Below, piece after piece: positions 1-10,677 of a stretch of 64,000 nt of DNA (the stretch's first letter is position 1; the number at the start of each line of letters is the position of its first letter). Origin of the DNA: Proteobacteria bacterium SG_bin7. GTDB lineage: Bacteria > Bdellovibrionota > Bdellovibrionia > Bdellovibrionales > SG-bin7. The DNA is taken from the NCBI GenBank assembly GCA_002083485.1, contig LWDK01000030.1:294091-358090 (forward strand), read 5' to 3'. The notes under the pieces were generated by a model, which did not search any database, was not told the origin of the DNA, and saw nothing but the letters and a program-made list of their open reading frames with translations. The position numbers and the translations under genes are program-made.

Positions 1-55
1 CAAATTTAAAATAACCTTCAGAATCGATTTGTATGGATTTCATTTAAGTCGAGTT

Positions 56-520
56 CTACTCGCCCTTCGGAGCTATGACAACGCCCTTTTTAAAATCGAT
101 AACTTCTTGTGAAACCGTGACTTCATCAAGCGACCAGGCGTTGGTATCAGAATTTCTTTCGTCCTTGATCCGATTGAGAGTTCCAAAACCCTCTTCGGTC
201 TGCATAACCTCTTCACCCGACTCATCCTGATCTTTAAAACTGTAGTTAAAGTGTGCCCGCAGGATATTGTCACCAAGATCTTCAGTCCAAATGCTATTGA
301 ATTTTAAATGGGTTGCTGAAGGTCTAAGCTGGCTGATAACCTGACTGATAATTCCTCTCAATTCCTGCTGAACCTGCACATGAGTGCGCGCGTCGACTAC
401 AGGTTCACAAAGCGCAAGTGACCAAGTCCACTTTAATGCGATTAAAAATACCGACACACCGACGAATTTCAAATTTGACCTCGATGTATTCATTGAATCG
501 AAATTTCCGAAACCTGACAA
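56..520 (-). CDS. hypothetical membrane-anchored protein
   Basis: 154-aa ORF. N-terminal hydrophobic segment (FVGVSVFLIALKWTWSLAL) followed by an acidic soluble part. No recognisable catalytic motif. The start may be the internal Met at 493. Confidence 0.4.
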   Translation of the reverse strand: MSGFGNFDSMNTSRSNLKFVGVSVFLIALKWTWSLALCEPVVDARTHVQVQQELRGIISQVISQLRPSATHLKFNSIWTEDLGDNILRAHFNYSFKDQDESGEEVMQTEEGFGTLNRIKDERNSDTNAWSLDEVTVSQEVIDFKKGVVIAPKGE

Positions 521-608
521 TCACAAAATTACCGCGCCCTTAATGCATTGAATCATGTTGCTCCAGAGACCTAGGTGAGATAAATCTTTTTCGTTAATTG
601 AGGAAGAT

Positions 609-3185
609 ATGAGCGAAAATCACTATGAGTTTGGCAGACTCTTCAGCAACTGTTGTCGACAAAGATTTATGAGCCGCCCTGGCCACTTGGAACCACATTC
701 CGTTCCTTGGGCGCAATCAAATTATCGTAGCGATAGAAATTGCAAACCCATCAGTCAACTTCTAGAAATTGATCTTGAAATTGAGAAAAAAACTCTTAGG
801 GGCAAAAACACAATTGAGGTTGAATTTATTCGTTCAGAATCAAATCATTTTTCACTCAATGCCGTTGATTTAAAAGTTCATAGAGTGCTTTGGGAGGGTA
901 ACGAAGCGAAATTCCGAGAAAAAGATGAAGAAATTTTAGTGGCATTACCCAAAGAATACAGCCGCGGACAGAAAGGAAAAGTAACCGTCGAATACTCCGT
1001 CACTGATCCTAGAGCAGGAATATACTTTATAGCACCCGATAAAGAATACCCTAACCGCGATGTCCAAGTTTGGACACAAGGCCAAGACGATGATGCGCGA
1101 TTTTGGTACCCTTGCTTTGATGACCCAGGAATAAAATTCCTTTCAGAAATGAAAGTGGAAGCACCCAGCGGTTTTATTTGCACTTCAAATGGTAAGTTGA
1201 TTTCTGAAGATCGATCCGGCCATAAATGGAAATTCCACTGGAAAATGGAACTACCAGTCCCCTCTTACCTTGTAACTCTTACCGCAGGAAAGTTTTCAGA
1301 GATCAAAGATAGTTGGCAAGGCATTCCAGTTCACTATCTCGTCGAGCAGGGAAAGGAAAACGAAGCAAAGATTGCTTTTGGCAAAACTCCGAAAATGTTA
1401 GAATTGTTTTCAAAAACTCTTGGTGTGCCCTACCCCTACGAAAAATATCATCAAATTGCAGTCAGTGAATTTGTTTTTGGAGGCATGGAAAATACCACGG
1501 CGACTACGCAAACAGACGCAACCCTGCACCCTCTGAAGTTAGAGCCTGATTTTTCAAGTGATGATTTAGTATCACACGAGCTTGCCCATCAATGGTTTGG
1601 AGATCTAGTAACTTGCCATTCGTGGTCACATGGTTGGCTTAATGAAAGTTGGGCAACATTTATGGAAACCGTTTTTAAAGAAAATGATTTAGGAAAAGAC
1701 GAAGCTCACTACTATCGCTATGAAGAACTGCAAATTTATTTGAACGAAGACAGAACTCTTTATCGCCGTCCCCTTGTTACCAATGTTTATTCGGATCCCG
1801 CCGAAATATGGGACCGTCATCTTTATCAAAAAGGTGGGCTCATTTTAAATATGTTAAGAGCCGAAATCGGTGATGAGGATTTTTGGAAAGGTACTGCACT
1901 TTACTTGAAAACTCATCAGGGGCAGGGAGTCGAGACAATTGATTTCCAAAGAGCTCTCGAAAAAATAAGTCAACGCCCCTTAGATTGGTTCTTTGATCAG
2001 TGGATTTATAAAGGTGGTCATCCCGATTTAAAAGTAACCTATGATTGGGATGCTAAAAATAAACTTGCAAAAATAAAATTTGAACAAACGCAAAAGAAAG
2101 ATACAGTCACGCCTATTCACCGAATTAATTCTGTGGTGGAATTCCATAATGACAAAAAGGAGATTAAAAGAGTATCAGTTACAATCGATGACAAGGTAAA
2201 ACATCTTGTAATCCCCATGGAAAATGAACCCACCGCAATTCGTTTTGATACTGAAAACAGTGTCTTAAAAACACTTTCATGGGAACTTCCAGAAAAGATG
2301 ATTATCAATCAGATGCAATTGGATGGCGATGTTGTCGGAAAAATTTGGTGCATGAAATCCCTTGTTAAAAAGGCCTCACTCAAAGGACAAGACGCCCTTA
2401 TCGAGAGATTGAATTCCGACCCATTTTGGGGCGTGCGAAAGGAAGCCGCTCTGAAGCTTGGAAAAATTGCTTCTCAAAAGGCATTCCTTGGACTCGTCGA
2501 TGCCCTTCGCAACGAAAAAGACAGCCGTGTAAGATGCGGAATCGCTACCGCGCTAGGAAACTGGCGAACCGAACAGGCATTTAAGGCTCTTGCGGACCTG
2601 GCGTTCGCTGATCCTCATGAGTTCGTACAGAGAAATGCAGCCGAGGCACTAGGAAAGACAAAAAGCCCAAAAGCTTATGAAGCTCTTTTGAAACTTATTG
2701 ATGTTCCGTCGTGGCGTGATCAAATTCGAGCGGCAGCATTTCGTGGATTGAAAAATCTAGGGGACGACCGCGCGGTCGATATTATCATAGGAGGAACACG
2801 TTATGGTACACCGAAATGGGCACGGCCGTTTGGCGCAGAGGCACTTGGCTCACTGGGACTCAACCGTAAAGACGTAGATAATTTTTTAACAGATTTATTA
2901 AAAGATTCATTTCCAATGGTAAAATACAAAGCTATGGAAGCTATTGAGGAGCGTAACCAAACGAACGCGATTGGGGAAATTGATTTGCTAGCTCATCAAG
3001 CCATCGACGGTCACATGAAATTTGCTGCCCATCTCGCGGCCAAACGCCTACGCAAAGGTGAAAGAGAAAAAGAAGAAGTTAAAAATATGCGGGAGTCTAT
3101 CGAAAAACTTGTAAAAGAAAACTCTGACCTCAAAGACCGAATGGAAGTACTTGAAGAAAGGCTAAATGGAGCTTCTGCCAACTAA
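609..3185 (+). CDS. M1-family aminopeptidase N-like zinc metallopeptidase with C-terminal HEAT-repeat and coiled-coil tail
   Basis: GGMEN exopeptidase motif and [10 protein letters not shown]...X18...E (HExxH-X18-E) zinc site. C-terminal third carries HEAT/PBS-lyase-like repeats ([39 protein letters not shown]) and a charged helical tail. GAGGAAG RBS lies 5 nt upstream of the ATG. Confidence 0.85.
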   Translation: MSENHYEFGRLFSNCCRQRFMSRPGHLEPHSVPWAQSNYRSDRNCKPISQLLEIDLEIEKKTLRGKNTIEVEFIRSESNHFSLNAVDLKVHRVLWEGNEAKFREKDEEILVALPKEYSRGQKGKVTVEYSVTDPRAGIYFIAPDKEYPNRDVQVWTQGQDDDARFWYPCFDDPGIKFLSEMKVEAPSGFICTSNGKLISEDRSGHKWKFHWKMELPVPSYLVTLTAGKFSEIKDSWQGIPVHYLVEQGKENEAKIAFGKTPKMLELFSKTLGVPYPYEKYHQIAVSEFVFGGMENTTATTQTDATLHPLKLEPDFSSDDLVSHELAHQWFGDLVTCHSWSHGWLNESWATFMETVFKENDLGKDEAHYYRYEELQIYLNEDRTLYRRPLVTNVYSDPAEIWDRHLYQKGGLILNMLRAEIGDEDFWKGTALYLKTHQGQGVETIDFQRALEKISQRPLDWFFDQWIYKGGHPDLKVTYDWDAKNKLAKIKFEQTQKKDTVTPIHRINSVVEFHNDKKEIKRVSVTIDDKVKHLVIPMENEPTAIRFDTENSVLKTLSWELPEKMIINQMQLDGDVVGKIWCMKSLVKKASLKGQDALIERLNSDPFWGVRKEAALKLGKIASQKAFLGLVDALRNEKDSRVRCGIATALGNWRTEQAFKALADLAFADPHEFVQRNAAEALGKTKSPKAYEALLKLIDVPSWRDQIRAAAFRGLKNLGDDRAVDIIIGGTRYGTPKWARPFGAEALGSLGLNRKDVDNFLTDLLKDSFPMVKYKAMEAIEERNQTNAIGEIDLLAHQAIDGHMKFAAHLAAKRLRKGEREKEEVKNMRESIEKLVKENSDLKDRMEVLEERLNGASAN

Positions 3186-4776
3186 CATTCAAACAACTAA
3201 TCCAGATTTTATCGCTAATAAAAAAGCTCTTGAGCAGCAAATTCATCAATGGCGAGAGCGACTTGCCCTTGTCAAAAAGGGCGGAGGGGACGAGCATGCC
3301 AAAAAGCATACAAGCCGTGGGAAACTTTTTGTACGCGACCGAATTAATAAGCTTATTGATTCTCAAAGTTCCTTTTTAGAATTCTCAACTCTTGCGGCGT
3401 GGGAAATGTATGACAACCAAGCACCATGCGCAGGGATTGTTACCGGCATTGGAATCATAAATAGACAACCATGTATCATTATTGCCAACGATGCCACGGT
3501 AAAAGGAGGAACTTACTTTCCGATGGCCGTAAAAAAACATATACGCGCTCAGGAAATTGCTATGGAAAATGGACTTCCGACAATTTATCTCGTTGACAGT
3601 GGTGGTGCATTTTTACCGCTACAGGCCGAACTTTTTCCTGACAAAGATCATTTTGGCCGAACTTTTTATAATCAAGCTCAAATGAGTTCGATGGGAATTC
3701 CCCAAATCAGTGTTGTGATGGGAAGTTGTACCGCCGGCGGCGCCTATGTTCCTGCTATGTGCGATGAGAATGTAATTGTCGAGGGGGCTGGAACAATTTT
3801 TCTTGGCGGACCTCCTCTGGTAAAAGCTGCCACCGGCGAAGAGGTAACGGCTGATGAGCTTGGTGGCGCTAGAGTTCATTGCAGCATTAGTGGCGTTACC
3901 GATCATTATGCAAAAAATGATGAAGAAGCTCTCGAAATTACCCGCAATATAATTTCACATTTAAATTATGGTGAAAAAGTAAAAATAAATCGTTTATCAC
4001 CTGAGGATCCGGCTTATGATCCCGCTGAAATTTACGGAATTATACCAAAAGATCCACGAATCCCCTATGACGTCAGAGAAATTATTGCGCGAATTGTAGA
4101 CGGTAGCCGCTTTCACGAATTTAAAGCGGATTATGCAACCTCCATTGTAACGGGATTCTCTCATATTTGGGGATACCCCGTGGGAGTCGTTGCTAATAAT
4201 GGAGTCCTATTTAGTGAAAGCGCTCTGAAGGCAGCCCACTTCATTGAACTTTGTGATCAAAGGAATGTTCCACTGGTATTTTTGCAAAACATCACGGGGT
4301 TCATGGTTGGAAAAAAATATGAAAATGAAGGGATTGCGAAGCACGGTGCAAAAATGGTTATGGCGGTAAGTCTCGCACATGTTCCAAAATTTACTGTCAT
4401 CATCGGTAATTCTTACGGCGCGGGAAATTATGGAATGTGCGGTCGTGGTTATGCTCCTCGGCAATTATGGATGTGGCCAAACTCTAAAATTGCAGTCATG
4501 GGAGGAGAGCAAGCCGCCAATGTGCTATTGACCGTAAAAAATGATCAGTTGGAAAAGAAAAAGGGCGCTAAACTTTCTGCCAAAGAAGAGGTCGAATTTA
4601 AAAAGCCGATTTTAGATAAATATGCGATTGAGAGTTCGGCATACTTTTCAACGTCAAGAATTTGGGATGATGGAATTATTGATCCAAAAGATACACGGCA
4701 AACTTTAGGCCTTGGAATTTCAGCCAGTCTTTATAAAGACTGGGGTCACAAAGTTAAGGGCGTATTTAGGATGTAA
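3166..4776 (+). CDS. liuB: methylcrotonyl-CoA carboxylase beta subunit (carboxyltransferase)
   Basis: 536-aa acyl-CoA carboxyltransferase-type sequence ([20 protein letters not shown]-terminus, duplicated crotonase-like halves). Context with hydratase, BC/BCCP and HMG-CoA lyase favours MCC over PCC. Overlaps the upstream gene by 20 nt. Confidence 0.8.
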   Translation: MELLPTNIQTTNPDFIANKKALEQQIHQWRERLALVKKGGGDEHAKKHTSRGKLFVRDRINKLIDSQSSFLEFSTLAAWEMYDNQAPCAGIVTGIGIINRQPCIIIANDATVKGGTYFPMAVKKHIRAQEIAMENGLPTIYLVDSGGAFLPLQAELFPDKDHFGRTFYNQAQMSSMGIPQISVVMGSCTAGGAYVPAMCDENVIVEGAGTIFLGGPPLVKAATGEEVTADELGGARVHCSISGVTDHYAKNDEEALEITRNIISHLNYGEKVKINRLSPEDPAYDPAEIYGIIPKDPRIPYDVREIIARIVDGSRFHEFKADYATSIVTGFSHIWGYPVGVVANNGVLFSESALKAAHFIELCDQRNVPLVFLQNITGFMVGKKYENEGIAKHGAKMVMAVSLAHVPKFTVIIGNSYGAGNYGMCGRGYAPRQLWMWPNSKIAVMGGEQAANVLLTVKNDQLEKKKGAKLSAKEEVEFKKPILDKYAIESSAYFSTSRIWDDGIIDPKDTRQTLGLGISASLYKDWGHKVKGVFRM

Positions 4777-4778
4777 AA

Positions 4779-5555
4779 ATGAATTTAGTACTAATAGAAA
4801 AGAAAAATAAAATACTCGAAGTGACCCTGAATCGTCCAGAAATACATAATGCTTTCAATGCCGAAGTCATTAAAATTTTAACCAAAACTTTTTCTGATAA
4901 AAAGATGTTAAATGACTTCCGCGCGGTAATTTTAAGAGGAAACGGACCAAGTTTTTGTTCTGGCGGAGATTTAGAGTGGATGCGCTCGATGATCGACTAT
5001 TCAAAAAAACAAAACATGAAAGATGCAGAGGCGCTGTACAATTTGTTTTACTCTATTTTTACCTGTTCAATTCCTGTGATTGGAAAACTTCACGGCAACG
5101 TACGAGGAGGTGGACTCGGGCTCACAGCGGCATGTGACATTGTCGCCGCAGTCGAAGATACTAAATTTGGTTTTAGTGAGGCACATTTAGGATTAGTTCC
5201 TTCTGTTATTTGCCCTTTTGTAACCCGAAAAATGAATGAAAGTTCCGTTCGCGAATTGATGATAACAGGAAAAGTCTTTACGGCGAAACGAGCTTATGAT
5301 TCTGGACTCATTCATTTTGTAGGAAGCGCAGCCGAGGTTGACAATTATGTTGTCGAAATTATTTCGAATATTCATAAATGCGGTCCTGAGGCAATCCAAA
5401 TTACCAAATCTCTAATTGATTTTGTCATTAAGAACCCCACTAAAACAAAAGCAAAAACAATTAAAGTAATTGCTGAAAAGAGAGTAAGTAAGGAGGGGCA
5501 AGAAGGCATGCGCGCTTTCTTGGAAAAACGAAGTCCAAATTGGAGAACACATTGA
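4779..5555 (+). CDS. liuC: enoyl-CoA hydratase family protein, probable methylglutaconyl-CoA hydratase
   Basis: Crotonase signature GNGPSFCSGGDLEWM. 258 aa. Sits between the MCC subunits. Confidence 0.75.
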   Translation: MNLVLIEKKNKILEVTLNRPEIHNAFNAEVIKILTKTFSDKKMLNDFRAVILRGNGPSFCSGGDLEWMRSMIDYSKKQNMKDAEALYNLFYSIFTCSIPVIGKLHGNVRGGGLGLTAACDIVAAVEDTKFGFSEAHLGLVPSVICPFVTRKMNESSVRELMITGKVFTAKRAYDSGLIHFVGSAAEVDNYVVEIISNIHKCGPEAIQITKSLIDFVIKNPTKTKAKTIKVIAEKRVSKEGQEGMRAFLEKRSPNWRTH

Positions 5556-7036
5556 ATAGGCCAATAAAGAGACTCGCCATTGCTAACCGCGGCGAAGTCG
5601 CCGTCCGAATTATTCGTGCCTGCCAAGAGTTGGACATCGAAACTGTACTTTTACACTCAGAGCCCGACGTCAACACTCTTGCGTACCGCCTGAGTGACCA
5701 TCAAATTTGTATTGGCCCCGCGCCTGCCAATGAAAGCTATTTGAGAATTCAAGACAATATTCGTGGCGCACTGGCCATGGGAGCAAAAGCAATTCACCCG
5801 GGATTTGGATTTTTATCTGAGAATGCTGAATTTGCGCGGGCCTGCCAAAAAGAAAATTTAGTTTTTATCGGACCAACCCCAGAAAATATCCAAACTTGCG
5901 GTGACAAAATTAAAGTCAAATATTTGGCAAAAGAGTTAGGGATAAAAACTATACCGGGATACAATGGCGAAGATCAGACAATAGACCTGTTAGTTGCTGA
6001 ATGTAAAGCCATTGGCTTTCCGGTGCTTGTTAAAGCTGCCGCTGGTGGCGGTGGCCGGGGCCACAAGGTTATTCACGATGCGGCTTCAGCCAAAGAGATG
6101 ATTGAAGCGAGCCAACGAGAAGCCAAAGCTGCATTCGGCTCTTCAAAAGTTTTTCTAGAAAAATATCTGGGCAGGGCAAAACATATTGAAGTTCAGGTTT
6201 TTGGTGACGCTATCGGAAAAATTTATTCGCTCTGCGAGCGTGAGTGTTCCGTGCAGAGAAAACATCAAAAGATAATCGAAGAGGGGCCTTCGGCAAAACT
6301 AAACCCTGAAGAAAAAAAGAAAGTCCATGAGATGGCGAGGAAGCTTGCCGAAAGGGCTAACTATAAAAATGCTGGCACCGTCGAGTTCCTTTATCAAGAC
6401 GGCGAATTCTACCTTATTGAGATGAATACTCGGTTGCAAGTCGAACATCCTGTAACTGAGATGATATTAAGTATCGATTTGGTGAAATCTCAAATTTTAA
6501 CAGCACAAGGGACCCCTCTTAGTTGGAATCAAGAAAATTTAGTTCCACGTGGTCACTCCATTGAGTGCCGAATTTATGCTGAAGACCCAAATATGGGCGG
6601 ACTTCCTAATACCGGTGTATTAAAATACTTGGAGTTCCCTGAAGGACCTGGAAGACGGTTTGATCTCGGCTTTGAAGCGGGAGACGAGGTAACTCCCTTT
6701 TATGATTCCATGATCAATAAAATTATAGTTTGGGATGAGTCTCGACCCGCGGCAATCAGAAAAATGCTGAGAGTTTTAGATGACACCATCGTTTTCGGAC
6801 TGAAAACGAATATTCCATTTCTCAAAGCCATTCTAAATCATCATGAATTTATCTCCGGAGAAATGACCACTCAGTTCATCGAGAAAAATTTTCCCAATGC
6901 GCTGGGGCCAATGAAATTGACTCCTGAACAAACGGCATTTGCTGAACAAGCTTACTCACAAGCCGGCGCTCATAATCCAAATCCAGAAACGTCTCGACTC
7001 CAAAGCCCATGGGAAGTCTTGTGGAGAAATGTATGA
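5540..7036 (+). CDS. liuD: biotin carboxylase component of methylcrotonyl-CoA carboxylase alpha (BC domain only)
   Basis: IKRLAIANRGEVAVRIIRAC N-terminus, ATP-grasp glycine loop AAGGGGRG, EMNTRLQVEHPVTE motif. Ends at ...SPWEVLWRNV, where fused alpha subunits continue into the BT/BCCP region. Confidence 0.85.
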   Translation: MENTLNRPIKRLAIANRGEVAVRIIRACQELDIETVLLHSEPDVNTLAYRLSDHQICIGPAPANESYLRIQDNIRGALAMGAKAIHPGFGFLSENAEFARACQKENLVFIGPTPENIQTCGDKIKVKYLAKELGIKTIPGYNGEDQTIDLLVAECKAIGFPVLVKAAAGGGGRGHKVIHDAASAKEMIEASQREAKAAFGSSKVFLEKYLGRAKHIEVQVFGDAIGKIYSLCERECSVQRKHQKIIEEGPSAKLNPEEKKKVHEMARKLAERANYKNAGTVEFLYQDGEFYLIEMNTRLQVEHPVTEMILSIDLVKSQILTAQGTPLSWNQENLVPRGHSIECRIYAEDPNMGGLPNTGVLKYLEFPEGPGRRFDLGFEAGDEVTPFYDSMINKIIVWDESRPAAIRKMLRVLDDTIVFGLKTNIPFLKAILNHHEFISGEMTTQFIEKNFPNALGPMKLTPEQTAFAEQAYSQAGAHNPNPETSRLQSPWEVLWRNV

Positions 7037-7398
7037 AAACCTTGACCTTAAAAGTAGGTGATCGTCATCTCCAGGGAAAAGTGTTAAAAATTCGTGATAC
7101 TCTATGGGTTCATCTTGGAGGCGAAACTTTTTTGTACAAACCTGAGAGCAGGCAAGGAAAACAAAAACAAGCACAGGGAATTAGCAGTAACACAGTAACC
7201 TCTCCTATGCCCGGAAAAGTTATTAAAATTGCTGCTCACGTAAACGATGAGATTATGGATGGGCAGGTGGTAGTAATTATGGAAGCTATGAAGATGGAAT
7301 ACAGTCTCAAAAGCACAAAAGCAGGAAAGGTAAAAAAAATTTCTTGTAAAGTTGGTGACCAAGTTCAGCTCGGCCAAATTTTATTAGAAGTGGAGTAA
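7033..7398 (+). CDS. biotin carboxyl carrier (BT + biotinyl domain) component of MCC alpha
   Basis: Biotinylation motif VVIMEAMKMEYSL. The ATG at 7033 overlaps the TGA of the BC gene (ATGA). The ORF track's upstream ATG at 7009 is an alternative start. Confidence 0.8.
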   Translation: MKTLTLKVGDRHLQGKVLKIRDTLWVHLGGETFLYKPESRQGKQKQAQGISSNTVTSPMPGKVIKIAAHVNDEIMDGQVVVIMEAMKMEYSLKSTKAGKVKKISCKVGDQVQLGQILLEVE

Positions 7399-7401
7399 AA
7401 G

Positions 7402-8322
7402 TTGTCTAAGAAAGTTAAAATTTTTGAAGTCGGACTACGTGATGGACTTCAATACGAAAAAAAAACTTTATCTATTGAAGTCAGAAAAAGACTTGCTTTG
7501 GATCTTATCGATGCTGGCGTCCAAAACCTTGAAATAGGTGCATTTGTAAATCCGGAACGCGTTCCGCAAATGATTGGCACTGACAAAGTCGTCTCTGGCT
7601 TGATAAAACAACAGTACAACGGCAAAATTTCGATGAACACGAACTTCTCAGCACTTGTCCCCAACGAGCACGGGATGATGAATGCGGTGGGATCTGGAAT
7701 CAATGAGGTTGCCGTTTTTACTGCGGCATCGAAGACATTCGCTCTTAAAAATATTAACTGTACGCCCAAAGAAAGCCTAAAGAGGTTTGCTCCCGTCATG
7801 CGATTGGCAAAGAAATTTAAGATGCGGGTACGCGGATATATCAGCACGTGCTTTGGCTGCCCTTTCGAAGGAAGAGTTTCAGAAAAACAGGTCGTGGACA
7901 TGGCGGAGCGTCTCTTTGACCTTGGAGTATATGAATTATCGATCGGTGACACAATTGGCGTGGCAACTCCCCAGCAAGTTAAATCCCTTTCATTCCAACT
8001 TTTTCGGATTGCCCCAACAAAAAAAATTGCCCTTCACTTTCATGACACAAGAGGAACCGCAATCGCAAACGTCCTAGAAGGTCTTGATGTCGGCATTCGT
8101 ACATTCGATTCAAGTATTGGTGGGCTCGGTGGCTGCCCCTTTGCTAAAGGCGCACAGGGAAACGTGGCCACTGAAGATGTTATCTATATGCTCAACGGAA
8201 TGGGTTTTGAAACTGGAATTGATTTAAAAGCACTTATCAAAATTAATTACAAACTCCAAAAAATTTTAGGACATGGTCTCCCGGCAAAACTCTCTAAAGC
8301 CGGCGTGCCTTGGTGGCAATGA
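7402..8322 (+). CDS. liuE: hydroxymethylglutaryl-CoA lyase
   Basis: VKIFEVGLRDGLQYE, HFHDTRG and GGLGGCPF motifs. TTG start with a GGAG 6 nt upstream. Confidence 0.85.
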   Translation: MSKKVKIFEVGLRDGLQYEKKTLSIEVRKRLALDLIDAGVQNLEIGAFVNPERVPQMIGTDKVVSGLIKQQYNGKISMNTNFSALVPNEHGMMNAVGSGINEVAVFTAASKTFALKNINCTPKESLKRFAPVMRLAKKFKMRVRGYISTCFGCPFEGRVSEKQVVDMAERLFDLGVYELSIGDTIGVATPQQVKSLSFQLFRIAPTKKIALHFHDTRGTAIANVLEGLDVGIRTFDSSIGGLGGCPFAKGAQGNVATEDVIYMLNGMGFETGIDLKALIKINYKLQKILGHGLPAKLSKAGVPWWQ

Positions 8323-9737
8323 TGGATATTAAAAAAGTTACTGATCAGTTTGAAAAAGATTGGAATCTTCATCTTAACGATTTAAAAAATTTAATTCGTA
8401 TTCCAAGTGTGAGTTTTGAAGGCTTTGACCCCAAAAACGTCCAAAGATGTGGTGAAGCCGTTGCCAAACTTTTAAAAGACCGTGGACTTGAAAACATTCA
8501 ATTTCTTGAGGTTCCGGGCGCGGCCCCCTATATTTATGCTGATTGGTTGAAAGCTCCAGACAAACCCACGGTCCTTCTTTATGCTCATTATGATGTCCAA
8601 CCGCCAGGAAGAGATGAGCTTTGGGAAACTCCACCGTTTGAACCGACTGAGAAAAAAGGAATTAGAGGAACAAATCTAAAAGGAACTCGACTATTTGCTC
8701 GCGGAGCTGCTGATGACAAAGCAGGAATTATTGCACAAACGGCAGCAATTTATTCTTACATGCAAGTCTTCAAAAAGCTTCCTATCAATATTAAATTCAT
8801 CGTTGAAGGCGAAGAAGAAATTGGAAGTCCCCATCTAAACGAATTCTTATTGCGCTACAAAACAAAATTGCAAGCCGATGTACTAATGCTATCAGACACG
8901 ACAAATTTTGATATCGGAATTCCCGCTCTGACAGTCTCTTTGCGTGGCCTTGCCGGATTTGAAATTGAAGTCCGTGCACTAGATAAAACCGTTCATTCTG
9001 GAATGTGGGGTGGTCCGGTACCGGATGCCGCCATGGCTCTTAATAAAATACTATCCTCCCTAGTAGATGAAAATGGAAAAATAGCTATTCCGGAAATTGT
9101 TTCCCATATTCCTAAGCTGACCAGTAAAGAAGAAGCCTTCTACGCTGAAATTCCCTTTAATAAAAAAGAATTTGTGAGCCAGGTGGGACTTGCAAAAAAT
9201 GTAAGTCTTCATAGTGAAGGTGCTGATGCTTGGAAAGCCATGTGGCGCCAGCCGAGCTTAAGTGTAAATGCAATGCAAGCGGCCTCAAGAACAAATGCTG
9301 GAAATATTTTAAATGATACTGCTTGGGCAAGGGTAACATTACGTTTAGCGCCTGGGATGGATCCTGAATTTTGCCAAAAAGCTATTTCTAATCATATTAG
9401 GAATAACACCCCCTGGAACATAGACGTGAAAATATCCTTTGAAGAAGCTAACGCCGGCTGGTCTGCTGACCCTAAAATGTATGAACACTCCGCATTCCTT
9501 GCCGCCGAGCGCGCCCTTGAGAAAGGCTATGGAAGGCGCCCCGTAAAAATGGGGTGTGGGGGAAGTATTCCCTTTGTCCTACCCTTTGTTAATTTCTTAG
9601 ATAAGGCACCAGCGTTATTAATTGGAGTTGAGGACCCTTACACAAATGCGCATGGCGAAAATGAGAGTTTGGAAATAGATGATTTTAAAAAATCCTGTCT
9701 AAGCCAGATTTTTTTGTTCCACGAATTGGTAAATTAG
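8319..9737 (+). CDS. M20-family dipeptidase/peptidase
   Basis: LLYAHYDVQP, GAADDKAG and EGEEEIGS metal-site motifs. The ATG at 8319 overlaps the HMG-CoA lyase TGA (ATGA). The ORF track start is at 8310 (TTG). Confidence 0.8.
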   Translation: MMDIKKVTDQFEKDWNLHLNDLKNLIRIPSVSFEGFDPKNVQRCGEAVAKLLKDRGLENIQFLEVPGAAPYIYADWLKAPDKPTVLLYAHYDVQPPGRDELWETPPFEPTEKKGIRGTNLKGTRLFARGAADDKAGIIAQTAAIYSYMQVFKKLPINIKFIVEGEEEIGSPHLNEFLLRYKTKLQADVLMLSDTTNFDIGIPALTVSLRGLAGFEIEVRALDKTVHSGMWGGPVPDAAMALNKILSSLVDENGKIAIPEIVSHIPKLTSKEEAFYAEIPFNKKEFVSQVGLAKNVSLHSEGADAWKAMWRQPSLSVNAMQAASRTNAGNILNDTAWARVTLRLAPGMDPEFCQKAISNHIRNNTPWNIDVKISFEEANAGWSADPKMYEHSAFLAAERALEKGYGRRPVKMGCGGSIPFVLPFVNFLDKAPALLIGVEDPYTNAHGENESLEIDDFKKSCLSQIFLFHELVN

Positions 9738-9751
9738 GCCATAATTTTTTT

Positions 9752-10612
9752 ATGAAAAAAATTTTTCTATTTTCATTCTTATTTTGCTTAACCGCTGTTG
9801 CAAGACAGCACGGAGTTATTTACGGCGTCGATAACCGACACGAACTTTATGAAGTACTTGATTCTAAAATTATTCATTTGGCACGCTCAACGGTGGCGAT
9901 TATTCCGTCAGAACTCATAACCGTGGGAAATTCCGGTACGGCAGTTGTTACCACCCATAAACCTAAGGATAATAATATTTGTTCCGACGAAAAATTCGCG
10001 AATCAAGGAGCCGCCGCCGATTGTACGGGGTATCTGGTGTCCTCTGACATCGTAGTAACAGCAGGGCACTGTATCGAATCAATTAAGGAATGTAAAAATT
10101 CTCGCTTTGTTTTCGATTTTGGGCTCTACAGTCCCAACGATACTTATTATAAAATTCCAATAGAAAAAATATTTGATTGTAGTCAGTTACTCTACACTAA
10201 CAATCCTGAGCTGACGAAGAGTGGCCCAGATCTCGCGGTTATCCGCCTTACAAATCGTGTCGATCGCCCTCCACTTCAACTCGAACGTCAAACAACAATT
10301 CATGAAAACGATAGCATATTTATTTTGGGCCATCCCTTAGGTCTACCATTGAAATATGCTGGCGAGGCTGAGGTAATAAAAGTTGAATCAAAGTCAACGT
10401 TACGTTGCAACCTCGACGCATACAGAGGGAACTCAGGCTCACCTGTTTTTAATGCGCGATCTTATCGAATTGAAGGAATGTTACTTTCTGGCGAAGACGA
10501 CTTCATAGAAGAAAAAGGAAAGTGCTCACGATCGAAAATCTGTAACCCCGGCGATAGTTGCGAAGGAGAAGAAGTACTGCGCGTTTCTGAAATTATCCCA
10601 TATCTCCCGTAA
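9752..10612 (+). CDS. secreted trypsin-like (S1) serine endopeptidase
   Basis: Signal peptide MKKIFLFSFLFCLTAVA. Catalytic triad contexts VTAGHC, DLAVIRL and GNSGSPV. Confidence 0.8.
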   Translation: MKKIFLFSFLFCLTAVARQHGVIYGVDNRHELYEVLDSKIIHLARSTVAIIPSELITVGNSGTAVVTTHKPKDNNICSDEKFANQGAAADCTGYLVSSDIVVTAGHCIESIKECKNSRFVFDFGLYSPNDTYYKIPIEKIFDCSQLLYTNNPELTKSGPDLAVIRLTNRVDRPPLQLERQTTIHENDSIFILGHPLGLPLKYAGEAEVIKVESKSTLRCNLDAYRGNSGSPVFNARSYRIEGMLLSGEDDFIEEKGKCSRSKICNPGDSCEGEEVLRVSEIIPYLP

Positions 10613-10677
10613 TTGGGACATTTGGCCCCAACTCTCCTCATGGAACATTTTTTGAACTCAAATGTTAGGAGGAATAA

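Noticed and set aside
7009-7032. Upstream ATG at 7009 as the start of the BCCP gene (ORF track call).
   Set aside because: The ATG at 7033 forms a canonical ATGA stop-start overlap with the BC gene, and the following sequence aligns with where fused homologues continue. The 7009 start would add 8 residues encoded entirely inside the BC gene.
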